DNA of 64,000 nt, taken from assembly GCA_037379345.1 (NCBI GenBank), contig CM074514.1, positions 31,062,001 through 31,126,000 of the forward strand. The letters are read 5' to 3'. This document shows positions 1-14,500 of the stretch, piece after piece (the stretch's first letter is position 1; the number at the start of each line of letters is the position of its first letter). A program made the position numbers and the translations under genes. The stretch comes from Perna viridis (Eukaryota). Under the pieces are notes generated by a model. It made no database searches. It was not told where the DNA came from and saw nothing but the letters and a program-made list of their open reading frames with translations.

Positions 1-1127
1 ACATGACCATAAAAAGAGACAAAAAAAAACGTTATCTTAAATTACATGGACTGGGATGCCATTCAACAAAAATATTTGTCTCTATCGCCTTTTCCCAGTA
101 GTAATAAACGTCAAGAAGTTCACGTAAAATCGCTTAATCAGTGAAGTTTGTGTCTGATCAGGAACATTTTAAAAGTGAAATGTGGATTTTAATGCCCATC
201 TTTTATAACCATGTAAAATAAAGGCAAAGTGGATACCATATGGAACGATGTTTGTCTGATTGTTATAGTGATCTAAGATACTTTGAGATTTTACATATAC
301 ATTAACAACCATCAATGTTCTTTCAAAATGAATATAAAGCAGAGGAAAATATCAGAAAAAATACACATAAATTTCATCTCCGTCACATATAGAAATCGGA
401 TATGACGAAACACAACAAATCCACCAGTGTATAAACTAATTACAAAAAAGTAAACACTTTGAGAGATCACCAAAAGGTCTTCAACAAGTGAAAGTACACC
501 TTTATGTTAACTCTTGAAGCCTCCGAACACAAAAGTAACACTTTGACCACTTAGGCAGGTGGGCCTAGGGTAAGGGACATAACTCCTAAAATCAGTGATA
601 TGTTTGTATCATATATGATTTCAATTTTAAGTTGAAACAGAATGAAATCAATCAAAGTTACTTTGATGCTACATGAGATTGATATGAAGAGCCTAAATAC
701 AAACGTTCCAATAATTTGTAAGTGTTAGAATCCGGCAAGGACTGAATAAGGGTAAGATAAAACACCACTATAAGAGTGCATTTGAACTATTTGTACCAAC
801 GTAGATAAGTTAATAAATCATTTGTTACACCACCTGTTTAGTAAAATTGTTTATCGATTCCATATTAATATGCATTACAAATGATGAAGAATTCAAGAAT
901 ATATACAACTCTGTCACATTCTGTTGACAATTTTTTTCACTTCTATACAACTGTATAGTTTAAATACGTCATTTCCAATAACAAGGATCGTTTTAAGTAA
1001 ACATATGGTGTTTAAATACAGTAATATGTTTTTGACATGCATGTCTCAGTCCTTTTAATATTATGCAATAATTGTTTAAATGTCCACCAAATTTGTTTCA
1101 ATTTTTTCCTAGATAGCATATACTCAC

Positions 1128-1235
1128 GTTTATAAGGATTCTGTTTACACACATTTTGGTCGTTGGAATCCGGTAAAATATCACAGTCCACAGGGAATGT
1201 TTGATTTATTTGGCTAACACAACTCTCTCGGACAT
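1128..1235 (-). CDS. SEA-FZ gene exon, Frizzled domain end (DVRESC..FPVDCDILP..VC)
   Basis: Supplies FZ Cys8-10; AAG acceptor, GTGAGT donor; phase 1-1. Confidence 0.88.
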
Positions 1236-4200
1236 CTTTCAAATAGAACATTTATAATTACATTAGTTACAATATTTGATAGATTGATAGTTTTACAAGC
1301 TATTTCAAACATTAGCTAAATCAGGCATTCAAATATAGTCGATGTTATCTTGAATTGCTCACAAAGCTTCAAAATGGTAAAAGTACATTTTGTGTGCGAG
1401 ATTGAACAAAAACGTTCTTTGTAAGATCTACGTATAGTTTTGGCAAAAAATATCTAAAATACAATCCAATTTTTTAACTACGACTCATATGATATGTCTT
1501 TATCTTTTATATAAGGAAAAAAGTCATATAATTTTTGTCATGTAACTGATTCTTTTCCAGTAAGTTAAAATTCGTTATACTATTTCTTCTCGTACCCTCC
1601 AGCAACAATAAATAAGTATTTTACATGTACAATCCTTATAATGTCTGTCTCAAAAGCACAACCTCCGAATGGAAAAGCTAACGACGATAATAACTGACAT
1701 ATAAACATTAACATGTACAAAGTTGACTTTAATAATATACTTGGAAGGAATATTGACATCAAAGAGATATGCAACTCCTCTCACCAAGATAACATAAAAC
1801 ATGGAAAAGTAATATCATTTTGACAAAAATAAGAAAAGTCTTAGCCTTGACCAATATTCAATTTCATTCCAAAAGATATATATAATTCATTGTTTGTTAG
1901 AGAATTATTGGCAGTGTATACATTATAATTAAACTTACGATCCCAGAAAGCGCTGCTTTCGGCATGACTTATATAAAGGAACTCCCAAGTTTTGAAATTG
2001 GATTAATGGTCATGAATCGAAATTAATGTAATTTTTTACTTTATATTTTTATAATATTCGCAACCGATTGTTGTGTACAATGAATATCGTACAAACATGA
2101 ATCAAAACATTGTGTCGAATAAAGTATATATAGTTTATCGCAAAGCATTGATAACATTTTCTGTCGTTCCCTATATCTTATCGCATAAATATTTTTGTTT
2201 AAGACATGACCATCATCATAACATGGAGTTAAACCTACCTTTACAAAATTGTTTACATGGAGGAATCCTTCTATTGTTTACACATTCAGGCGACAACAAC
2301 GAACAGAAAAACAAATTTGAATATGCATAGCACGAATCGTCCATAAAAGGATCATATTTTTCTATATCATTATTTAGTTGCTCAAGATTTTTATGTCCAG
2401 CCCAATTGGGGAACGATGTTAAGCTATAATCCGTTCTGTTTATACATTTTTGTATTGAAACAGGTTGACAAACACCTGAAATATAAAGTAAACACTTGTT
2501 TTCTCTCATGTTTACGTTCACAATACAGCTCATGGATGGTATGTGTTTGTTTTCCATGTCTGATCTTTGTCCCTGGATTACATTGTTTTGAAAACCGCTA
2601 GAACCTAGGTTCCCTTGATTACTCTTTGTTATTAACGTCATTGTGTAATTTTGTAAGTACAACATACCATAAAGTGGCTTTGGCTTTGGATATAACAGTT
2701 GACACTCGTTTTGAAGATAGGAATATTCAATAATCTTATAGTTAACATAGCTTTAAAGAATCGAAATACTACTAAAAATTATTAAAGTATGAAGGTCAAC
2801 AGTAAAATGTCCAATCTGATATAAGGGTTTAGGTCTAACACACTTTACTTAACCCATAATAATAACGAAAACAATCAAAAGGCAGAACTCCTTACAACTA
2901 ACAAATTTTAATTAGATAAAGGATTAGATGTAGATCCCTAATGATAGTTTTTTGTATTAATTACGAATATATTTACTCTAGCCAGAATAAATCGTCGAAG
3001 AGTCGGCAAAATTGTCTTCAAATCGAAGTCGTCAAATTTTACACCCGTCATTCGGTACATCATAACAAATTAAGAAAATATGAAAAATGTGCTAATTTTT
3101 TTCTCTCATATATTTGATCTTCCTGTTATCAATATAGTATTTTGAATTATATATGTCAACAAGTTTACTGAAGCAGTGCTTAGCAGTTATCAACAGCAGT
3201 GAAATAATTATTGAGATGGAAATCGAATAAAATCGTATCTTACCTGGAGATACAGTTGAAGGTACTTTAGGAGGTGCTGAAACAAACATTGAACATAATT
3301 GTACGAACAACAGTCACGTGTGCATACAGTTTGGTACATTAAATATAACGGTATCATCACATTTACAGGTTTCATAACGGGTGGAAGTTGATTATTGCAA
3401 AATATCAATTCAAGTAATTTAATTCTATGACCATAGTGAACGAGCGTCGGCAAATTTGTTATGAAGTTAAAATCAGAAGAGTTATAAAATATTTTTTTAT
3501 GATTCCTTTGGAATATTTAGTCGCTTTGTCATCGCCAAAAATCTAACCGATAATCGGCCTAGGACGTCGTAAAGTGATATTGGAGAAAACATAAGAATCG
3601 TCACATCGTCGCTTATACCAATAAAATTCTATTGATAACATGACACAATTACACAACAACCAATCTCAACAGCGATATTTTTATATTACTTGTTTGTTTA
3701 ACATCATCGCATAGTATTGAAAAATAGTTATCCATTCATGAAGCGATAAAACAACCAAACCATAGAAAACAAGACGCCCCCCCAGGAGCCTGAATCGGCC
3801 ACCTTGTTAAATTTTGCCTTTTTTCAATTATTTTGACTCAGGAAGACTTTGATAGGACTTGTGTGAAAACTGTATGGAAAAAACTTTTCATCTTTCAAGG
3901 GCAATAACTCTTTCAAGGGGTCATCCCTGAAGACTTTTGGATATATATGGTAAATACTAGTCTGACTCCTATGTTCTATTTCAATAACGGCAGCCATGTT
4001 TTTCCGCGTATAAAATCCCCACATCATTTTCGAAGATTTTTGAAAACTTGTTAATGACAACGACGACGGACGCCAAGTGAACTTTACAATGAATCCCAAA
4101 TGGAATAAGGCAACGTTTTAAAGAAATGTTGCATCTTCTCTGTTTGCATTTTTTTATTTATCAAAGTGAATATCAACCGGTAAGATGTCATTTTAATCGA

Positions 4201-7200
4201 GTTGGATATGATAAAACAATGAAAGCTACAAACTAATTGTATATTACCATATTTATGATAATATTAATAACAATAACAAATGCATATGTGCCATTAGTCC
4301 ATATGACTTAATCGATAGAAAATCTGTAGTTTTTTAATTGTCAATAAATCATAATGAGTGTAATTGAGTCAGAACCTCCATGAAATACAGCATAGCTCTA
4401 CCGACGTTCATTGTTGCTTGACATCACTGTAGTTCAACATACTTACTTTCTTTTTGCAGCAACATTTCAAAATAGTGGATAAAAAACAAAGACGACCAAA
4501 TCCAAGTCATGCATACCAAGTAGATAATATGATCATTTGAGGACAATTTGTTGAGGAAATGTTTACCAGTAGTAATGAAATTTCAATCAAGTTGGCGAAT
4601 TTTCCTGATTCTCTTACTGATAGGATCAGACTTGGTTTGAAGTAATTTGCATTAAATCATTTTCTAGTTTGTGTCGTTTACATGTTTATTTCCAAACATC
4701 TACCAATTTTACCATGGACTATATTTAGAACAAACTTCAAATTAAGTGTCAGTCCCTGTAAGAATCAGGTAGTGGGTGAAACATGGTAAACTATTTGCAC
4801 CGTCAGAATCAAGGAGAACAGACAAGATTTTCCATATCAGGCTGGACCATTGAGTTACAACTTCATTAAAATACACTGAAAATGAACATTTCAAGGGCAG
4901 ATAACTCAGTCAAAAGCCTCCATTTTCTAACTTTCTATTGAAATATTTCTGACCGAAGCCAGTGATGCAGAGATTAAGTAATGTTATTTTCAAATAGAAA
5001 AAGTATCCTTTAGTGATATTACATTGTCAGATCGGTGGTTTTTTTTCTCATTTTGCCTGATTCTTACAAACGCGTACATTGAACAGAACATTCAGAAAAT
5101 TATAAGTGCAATAAAATTTGGTCAGGCTGACTGAAGCTTGCAGCAAGGAATACTTCTTGGGGTATAATTTCGTACAAAATATAGTTGTATCTCGAAATAA
5201 ACATACATTAGAAGTAGATCAACCTAATAAAATATTCAGGAAATTCCAAATCCTTTTTAATATTAACGAAAAATGCATCTTATGGAAAATCTATTTTTGA
5301 ATTGTGATTTTTGGAAAAAAAAGATCAAATGTTGTGAAAAGCAACAAATGCTCCAGAGTATAACCTCAACCCAAAATAGTAAACAATATCTTTAAACATC
5401 ACCAAAAAAGTATACTGACTATACTCGCACTATAGTCAAAACACTTTAAGAAGAATTTTCTAATAGCATTGCCTACATTAACTGGAAATGACAAACATAA
5501 GCAATCTATAATATTCTGAAAGAGTGACACACATTCTGTATTCGGAGACACAAAACTATATACCCACACACACACACACTTATATAAATATACTCATAAA
5601 GTTTGGAAAAAGTAGATACCTCTAATTTGAAAATTGGAAACGTCCTAGCTTCGATTTTTGATAGTTTACGGCTACCTCAAATATCTACAGTGTAGTTTGT
5701 TTTTAAAACAGACATATTCTACACAATAATATTCTATAATATTCTGAAAGAGTGACACACATTCTGTATTCTGAGACTCACAACTATATACCTACACACA
5801 CACACTTATATAAATATACTCATAAAGTTTGAAAAAAGAAGATACCTCTAATTTGAAAATTGGAAACGTCCTAGCTTCGATTTTTGATAGTTTACGGCTA
5901 CCTCAAATATCTACGGTATAGTTTGTTTTTAAAACAGACATATTCTACACAAGACAAGTTAATAAGTTACTCAACACGCCCTTGTACCTACCTATTGGTG
6001 TTATTTTTACACTTTTGACATCTATGAAGAAGACACTGTCATCTAAATCTTTAATGAGCATAGCCTGTATATTTTCTGATGTCAATGATGTTATATCTAC
6101 AGATGATTTTAATGTAACGGTAAAATGAATTAACACACTTCCTGATCTACAATAAAAACACATATAAAGATATAAATATTCTGAATACGTACATATAAAT
6201 AAGTCGGCATCGACATTAAAATATCCATGGAGATCGGTTATGGGGAAATATAAAATATATAAACAACAATCTATAAAAATTAAACAACCATGCCGCGCCA
6301 TCAAACAAAACAAAAACAATATAACAAACTATCAACCGGTTCAGGTAGATCTTACTGAAAACGATCTACTGTATTAAATCACAAAAGATAATGGAAACTT
6401 CATTTCTGTTAAATTTAAACGTATGCCATTCCCATGTCATGGATTTGTAAATAGAAATTTGTGATGGATAGAGTTTGATAAGAAATTGTTCGCAATTTTC
6501 GTCTTCCTGTATTAATATCATTTCATTTGCAATTGATGAAAAAAGTCATTCCTGACAAGAGTTGTTATCAGTTTCAATGACCAAACCGTTGAAGTGACAT
6601 TTCTGTTATATATTCGTAAAAAACACATATAATGTTAAACATTCCTGTCGAATAAGTAAAAAAAAAAACAAGAACTAAAGAAAATCTGACAAAACTCGCC
6701 TAACTGATAATGTATTCACACTACATGTGGTTAAATGTACCACAAACTACTTCCAGATGATCAATATCTACTACTCATTAGAAAAAGTTGATAATTGAGC
6801 AATAAAGTATGCCAGAATTGTGCATTATGACGTGGAATGATTTACAGCTACTAAAAATAATGAAAACAGCAGAGTTTTGAAACGAGTATAATTATATAAT
6901 TTCAAATTCGTTTTGAGAGCAAAATTGAAATTGCCAGCTATTTGGATTATAAACTTTATAGGCTTCATTTTTCATTTAATTCAATAAAGGGTGTTTTAGA
7001 AATTGAATTATCTCACTGGGTAAATCAAATTTACATCTAAATGAAATGCTTTTCAACCAAAGACATGAAGTACTTAATGAAAACAAAAACAAATTCCAAC
7101 CAAATTAGAATCTATGGACGGTTCTGTAATTGCCTGTATTGGTTTAATTGGCAATTCATAACAGTACTTACATTTTATGTTTTTTCATGTTCCTTTGTCA

Positions 7201-10200
7201 GCTAATATTTTGTCATGTGTTTAGAACCCATAGAGAGATAACAATTTGAAAAAAAGAAACAGTAGCGCTCAAATTAACTTTAGGTATTTTAAGCAATCAT
7301 GTACCTGTGGTCTTCGGCAACTAATACACGCGTGTACCAGTGATCTAAGGCAACTAATACACGCGTGTACCAGTGATCTAAGGCAACAAATACACGCGTG
7401 TACCAGTGATCTAAGGCAACTAATACACGCGTGTACCAGTGATCTAAGGCAACTAATACACGCGTGTACCAGTGATCTAAGGTAACCAATACATGCATGT
7501 TTCAGTCAATTCCTTATTCACGCAAAAAAAAAATCAAATTACCATAAACCCCCACAATGAACATGTAACTCAAAATATATACGGAAATTGGTCACAAAAA
7601 TTGAGTGCTTATTAAAATGGTTTTTTTTTTCTCCAATCATTAAACATGTATGTAGATCTACTCAACACTTTATGACAAATACAGACATTTAAAGTAAACA
7701 TGATTGTTGCTTCAAAATTAGATTTTTTTGCCAGCTGAATCCTGTCCTGTGATTGGAGTGTTTCCTTGTAGTTAACTGAAGACAATGGGAGGCCTTGGGC
7801 TGAAATTTTAATCCTGGTGGGGTTGTTGTCTCCCTGACATATTCACCAAACCCATTCTCGTTATATTTATCGTCTTTGTTTGTTTGTTTTTTTTTCTTGA
7901 TCTTTTGTATCTGAATGTAACTTGTTAGCACAAAATGTACAATATTTCGATATAAAATAAGTGTTTGATGTATATTGATTGAAACGTCGAACTGGTTCAT
8001 TTGCTCACTTTCATATATAGTAAACGTAGAAAACCAGAATGGGTGGGTCATCAAATTCTACTACGATTCTAAGTGTTGTATCAGTTATCAAAACTTACGA
8101 AAATGAGTCGATGATGGTTGAGTTATAAACAGATTTATATGAGCTCGAATGAAAAATTGCATTCATCTGAAAAAGAAGAAATACAAACTTAGATATATCA
8201 ACAAATATATCAATCAAAGAACATTTAAATCCCATCGATATTTCTTTTATTCTGCTTTCTTTTTCGCGATGATCTCCACAGATTTACTCTAATAGAACGC
8301 ATCAATGCGTTAAATTTCTATAACCAGTACCCCAGATGGGGACAACAGTAATGCTTTTAGAAAATTCACTGCAGTTTTTGAGATTTATTTTGTGTGCGAA
8401 TATGCTTTATGTTTGAGCGAGTGTCTCATTTTAAGTACAGTCTTCATAAGAATTAGACAGTAGGTAATTTATGCATATCAAAAACCCATCGAATCCAGTT
8501 TTATTTCTTGTTCAGAAACAGTAACTGACCACATAAGCAGTCTTAATTTTTCATTTGGTTGTTGCCCTTTTGAGATAAAAATCATGTAGAAATTGGCACT
8601 TTGCAAAAGTTATCATTCTTGATTTGGTTTCATTCGGTGGATTTTAGCGGTAGATAAATATATATTTTTTCAGAGTGCAGATCTGATTGCTGAATTTATT
8701 GTCGTTTTGTTAAAGTAGAGCATATATAGACAGGTTGTTTGATGGGTTTTTCTACACCATGAATCACATTTCCATAGGCAATGTTTAAATGGTCTAGTAC
8801 TTAAAGAGGGGAAATATTATTATCACTTTCGGGAATTTTTTGTATCCACTAATCAGCTAATTTCTACAACTAAATTCACGGGTGTGTTTTCCAAGTTAAA
8901 TGTACCTACGAGTAAACATTGCAAAACTTTACAGAGTTTCAGAATATTCTTTCCAAATAGTCTTTTTGTGTCAGATTTAAATTAGGTAAGTCATAGGTAG
9001 AGTAAATAAGCATGCATGAAATAATATTGGTGACACTAAAGTGATCAATTTTCCCGATCAACGAGTTTATTGATAACACATTTAAGCTAAACAAAGTTTT
9101 TATCATTTGATTTACTAATCAACACTACAATAAATCAATGCTATATATATACTAATGACGGGGTCCATGTGAAAACCAGACAGTGTGTGGCACATGGAAA
9201 ATTTTGTTATCATAATTTTTTTACCCATTTTACGATTAAAAAGAAATAGAATACATAGAAAGCATTGAAATTCATTGAAAAAGGGAAAACAACTCTTGAA
9301 TTTTGCGACATTTGGTTGCTTTGTTGGTGAACTTGAAATCATTTTCTGAGCCATCCATTGTCTATTTAAACCGGTACTTTTACTATTTGACATTAATATG
9401 ATATATACACTACACTGAAACAAAAATTCAGAGGGATACGTTTTACACTGTGCCAACCAAACAATATTATCTGCCTAATTTTCACATGGACTGCCTCATA
9501 AAATATTTACGTATACATAGTCTACAATACTATAGGGCTCATGTATATTGCATCGCTTCATTTAAAAGCACGGGACTTATTTACTTAACAAGATCCCAAA
9601 GTGTCAATATGACGTCTTCTCTCAGAATAAAATCAAATTCAATGTAACTTTTAAGACAGTAATTTGTCTTCCGCCCCCTATGATCAGATACGCCGTGTTT
9701 TTTTTTTTTTTTTGCAATGTTGGCGACAACAGTGTATAATTTGAATCTCTTAACAATATATTCTGGTGTCTGTTATATCTAGCATGTAAAAAATATTATC
9801 AAGGATCAGAAGCATTTTACAAAAGCAATATTTCTCAATAAGCAAATTTTAATCAGCCTGATAAGGAGGAACGTCTTATATCAGCTGGTACAGTTCATCC
9901 TATAAAGTAGATGGTCTTTGGTTGATAAGGTAAAACGTATTGGCTGTAAAAACCGTTCGAGTTGTTTAATGAATGTGTTTAATTTTACCGGTTCGTGTAT
10001 ATTTAACAGTTACAGTAGTGCATAATAGATACAAACTACGCTTCCCATGATTACATAATAGATAAAAAAATGAATTCAAAAAGTTGCAGTAGCTTCATTC
10101 AATCATTTTTGATTGACATATCAATAGTTTCTGTATCAAAACCGAAGATGTTAGGGATATAACTTATCAGAGTTAAGTCAGGCAATTACAGAATAACTCA

Positions 10201-11538
10201 TATTGTTGAGTCAATTTAGGTCGATACCTGTAATTCAGAATACATTAAAAAAATGTTACCTATTCTAAACATCGTTTCCTAAACCAAATTTAACTTAATG
10301 CATTTTATGCTTTAAATATTATTTTTACATCTTGAAATCTTCTGCTATGTATACTTTAAGATGTTTTACAGTTTTATCACTTTTATTGCATTAAATGTCA
10401 AAAATATGCTATAACAAACTGATTCACAAAAAATAACAATGAGTATTTATTTTTATTCCCATATATGAGGGTTTTCAAACAATTTTAGAGTTATTGCAAC
10501 AGCCAAAGTTACAACATAGGTATGTGCCTTAATTGTAAAGCCTTTCTATAGTTCTGAGATTTGCGAAAGAAAATAAAGTATCCGCAGTGAAACAAGAAAA
10601 ACTGTTGGTTAATTTCATAGTTTGATGATTTGAGCTAATTTGACATTCTTTCACAATGCTATGAAAATGATATATGCTACTGCACATGTACATATTGTAT
10701 AAGGTGAAGTTCTTTGGAATGTTTTATGATTTTTTTTATATTTTTTTAGTATGAACAATCAATTAAAAGATTTGCAGAGCCGGCTTTTCTGACATTTCTA
10801 GCAGAGCTGGCTCTCGTAGGACAGTTCTCTCAGAGCTGGCTCTATGAGAACGGTTTTAGAACCAGATTTGGTAGACCTATTGAAAGAGCTGGTTCTAGAG
10901 AACTGTTCTGTGACACTTTTAAAACTGTCCTAAAGCCGACCCTTCTGACAGTTGGGCTAAGAGGTTATAACAATTCCTAAATTCACGAATCTAACTGACC
11001 CACTTACTTTGAATATAAAAGAACTTGAAAAATAACGATACGCCTCCGATGTGGAGTCCCTCAATGAAGGTTTATATACAGAAAATGGTCCCTGGATTAT
11101 CCGTAAGTTGCCCTTTATCCTGTTGGTTCTGAAAAGCACTGAAGAAGAAAATATGTAAGTTTAATTTATCAATTTTAATGCAAAGCTTAAGGTCAATGCG
11201 TTATCAAGATAGGAAAATCAAGGAAACCAGGGTTCGAAAGGTCAAAGAGGAACATGATCCAAGGATAACAACTAGACAAAGAAAACAGACATACACACTA
11301 AAGAACATGGAATACTAGTAATCAAAATAGCACCCACATAGATACATAAGTAAATGTGCAAATCGGAATCTATCGCACTAGATACATCGATAGAATAGAC
11401 GTCTTCTGCTTGTCTAGAATTACAAATATGTTACATCATTTGTTACGACAATTAAATTGCAAAACATTGGGAAAGATAAAAACAACAATGGTAATTGCAA
11501 TTTATTGATTTTGAATAAAATTCCCTCTCAGGAAAACC

Positions 11539-11573
<35 letters not shown>

Positions 11574-14500
11574 CTCAGTATTTACTTTAAAATGCCCGTT
11601 TACAACATGATGACACTTGTTGACCAGAGAAACGCAAATGGTATATAGTGCTTTAGGTGAAAATAGGGTGTGTATAAACGGAGTTTTGTTTTGACAACGC
11701 GAGATCAAACGAAGTTTGTGGATATGCACAGCATTGTTTTTGTTGATTGTTGTTTAATTTGTACCTGACAACTGTCACAGTCAGTAAACAAGAGCCAAAT
11801 ATTAGATCATTAACAGTGATCCTCAGGAGAAACGTGCTCTTTTCATTGGTCAAAATTGAAAAAAATGGTATGAATTATACGTATACTAAAAATTATTTTT
11901 GTATGAAAGGTGTCGTTCGTGGAACTAAATAAGGATATTAAAATAGAGAAACTGAAGATATTTATATCCAATTATTTCGTCATTATCATTCGATTTCCGA
12001 TTAGGCTGTCACTCACTATTACCAATATCTCATCACAGATGATATTAAGGCTTCGATTTACAATACTATTAGAGGGTTATGGGATCTGAGAACTGAATCG
12101 AGTAGGTTAATTGTTGATTTATAACCCTTTATGATCTAATTAGGACTAATTATAATTAGTAACGTCACAAGAAACAGCAAAATAAGTTGTTCCAGTACTT
12201 CTTGATTTGTCTGAATATTTCTTATCTTCAAAAAGTTTTAAAAACTTCCTTGTGATATTTGCCTAAAAATGTTTTTTTAATGTACAAAATGAATTACGAT
12301 ACAATATTTGATATGCATTTAGGAGTAGTAGTGATTTGCTGCAAACAGGAAGAAACAATGGAATTAATAGAACATTAAGTAATGCCCGCCACGTAATGTT
12401 AAAAAAGGAGATGGGTTTTTGTCACATAATTGGTAAAACATAAAAAGTTTGCAACTGTTTCATAACATCTAGTTTTATTGAAATATTCTAATATTGTTCG
12501 TGTAAAAGCATATTTTTTTCTATCGAACATTTCTGATATTTTCATTGCTTATCTAAAATTGTTTAAGTAATTATATCTGTATCGTTTTTGTTTTACTATT
12601 TAAAACCAATCAGATGGTCTTATATAAGCACTTTGGTAGAAAATTTTACATTAAAATATTTTAAAAAACGAAAGATGTCTATCACTAGCCTATTCCTTCA
12701 ATGCAAAACTGTCGTTTACAGTGATACATCATGAAAGATTCAAATCTATAAGAAACAAATTTCAAATTACGCAATCATCCTCACAGTAGTAAAATTAAAA
12801 CATGAGTAAAATGAATCAATTATTCTATTTATGACATTTCCGCCAGTGCATTCTTTTTTTAGTTATTGGTTTCTTTTTGTATACCAAATTTGATGCAGCT
12901 AGGGGAGAACACAATGGGTCTATGCATATCATTTATTATATTTCAAAATTTACAAATGTAAAAATTCCTAAAACGCTGAGGCTGCAGTCCTTGTATTGCA
13001 CATGATAGAAACTCTTGTTGATGGAATTGGATTCCTATTTCCTAGTTTTGGTTATGTGTACTTCTTGTATACAATTATGTTTGGATATAGATCTTCCCAA
13101 GTTTTTGGTCATGAGGCTGCTGTTGAAAGGTAACTCATTGAAACATGTGTACAGCCTATCGAAATCTGCAATAGTTGTATGATTGGTATTTTTAACTTTA
13201 TGCAGACGAAATCAATATTTTTTTTTTCAAATTAGGAAATCCAGATAGTACTTATTGCTTTGCATATGATTTGAGTTAGTTTTACAGTATGTTAAAAATA
13301 TTCAGAACAAGTTGGATAAAAATTCAAATAAAAATGTAACTACTTTTCAAAATTATATAATGGATAAGACACAATGTTGACAACCTGTAATCAGATATAG
13401 TCAAGATGTCATAACAGCAAAGACTTGATTTTTGTTTATATCACAACAAGAATATAAACAACTATCACAAATACAACAGACGCAGAGGAGTAAAAAGAAC
13501 AATATAGAATTAAAGGTACTTACATTATACCATAATTATTTTGACATTACCTGTTGATGTATCGTCTTCATCTTTCTTTGCTGCAAAGAGAAATCGAACT
13601 CTTTTTTTTAAATGTAATATGATTAAAGGTTGTTACCTTATCTGGGTGAAGAATCATTCAGGCCTCCCGATTGTCAAGTGATTAAAATAATCAAACCGTT
13701 TCTCAGAAAGTACATGATCTGGCGATTAAATGTTACGTAAGTTGTAGGCGCATGAGTTAGATACCGTTTGCATGGTTTCTCCAATATAACGAACAAATTC
13801 TTTAAAACTCAGACTTTCGTCAAAATTCTAAACTTGTCTTCCCATTCTATTTGTTTTTTTTTAAACTACGCAAACTCTGTCACCATTTACAAAATAAAAT
13901 AATCATGACTACAAACAAGTCACCTATAACTCGTAATGTAAATTTGTTTGATAATATCATCTTCATGAAATGTGGAAGAAACAAATATAACAACAAATAC
14001 ATCTGATGGCTTTGTTCTGAAAACAAAATTTCAAATATGGGAGAAAACACTTTAAGTATTACCACAACAGCTTTCCAATGCACCTGATCCATGTGCCTGA
14101 AATTGTAGTGGAGTTATGATTTTACATTTACACTTAGTAATACATGTTTCGTTCGGTTTTTCAGTGATTTAGCAGTTTCCGACTCAGAACTTTTTATTGC
14201 TTCGTACTTTTTTCTTTTGCCTGAAAGTTGTTAATCTCGGTCATACGATGGTTTTATAAATCTATACTTGAGTCGTTAATTTATACATTTATACAGTAAA
14301 GATATAACTTCTATACTATGAACCGAGCCTTACCCTTTCGAACTTTTATCGAAATAAATGTCATTGATCTTCAGAACTAGACACTATAAATCAGAAATAA
14401 TTGTGGAAGTGTTCAATACAACTCATGTCTAGTTATCGCGAAACACATTTTTCATATCTGGTTATCAGTTGGTATTGTATTGGTATTGTTACAGAAACAT

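Noticed and set aside
7246-7498. ORF-track ORFs with periodic peptides
   Set aside because: They result from the stop-free 33-bp minisatellite and have no splice or homology support.
7316-7500. CRISPR-like array of 33-bp palindromic repeats
   Set aside because: The units are directly adjacent with no unique spacers, there are no cas genes, and the context is a eukaryotic intron.
13524-13550. Alternative GTAAGT donor extending the 30-nt microexon
   Set aside because: The extension contains an in-frame TAA.
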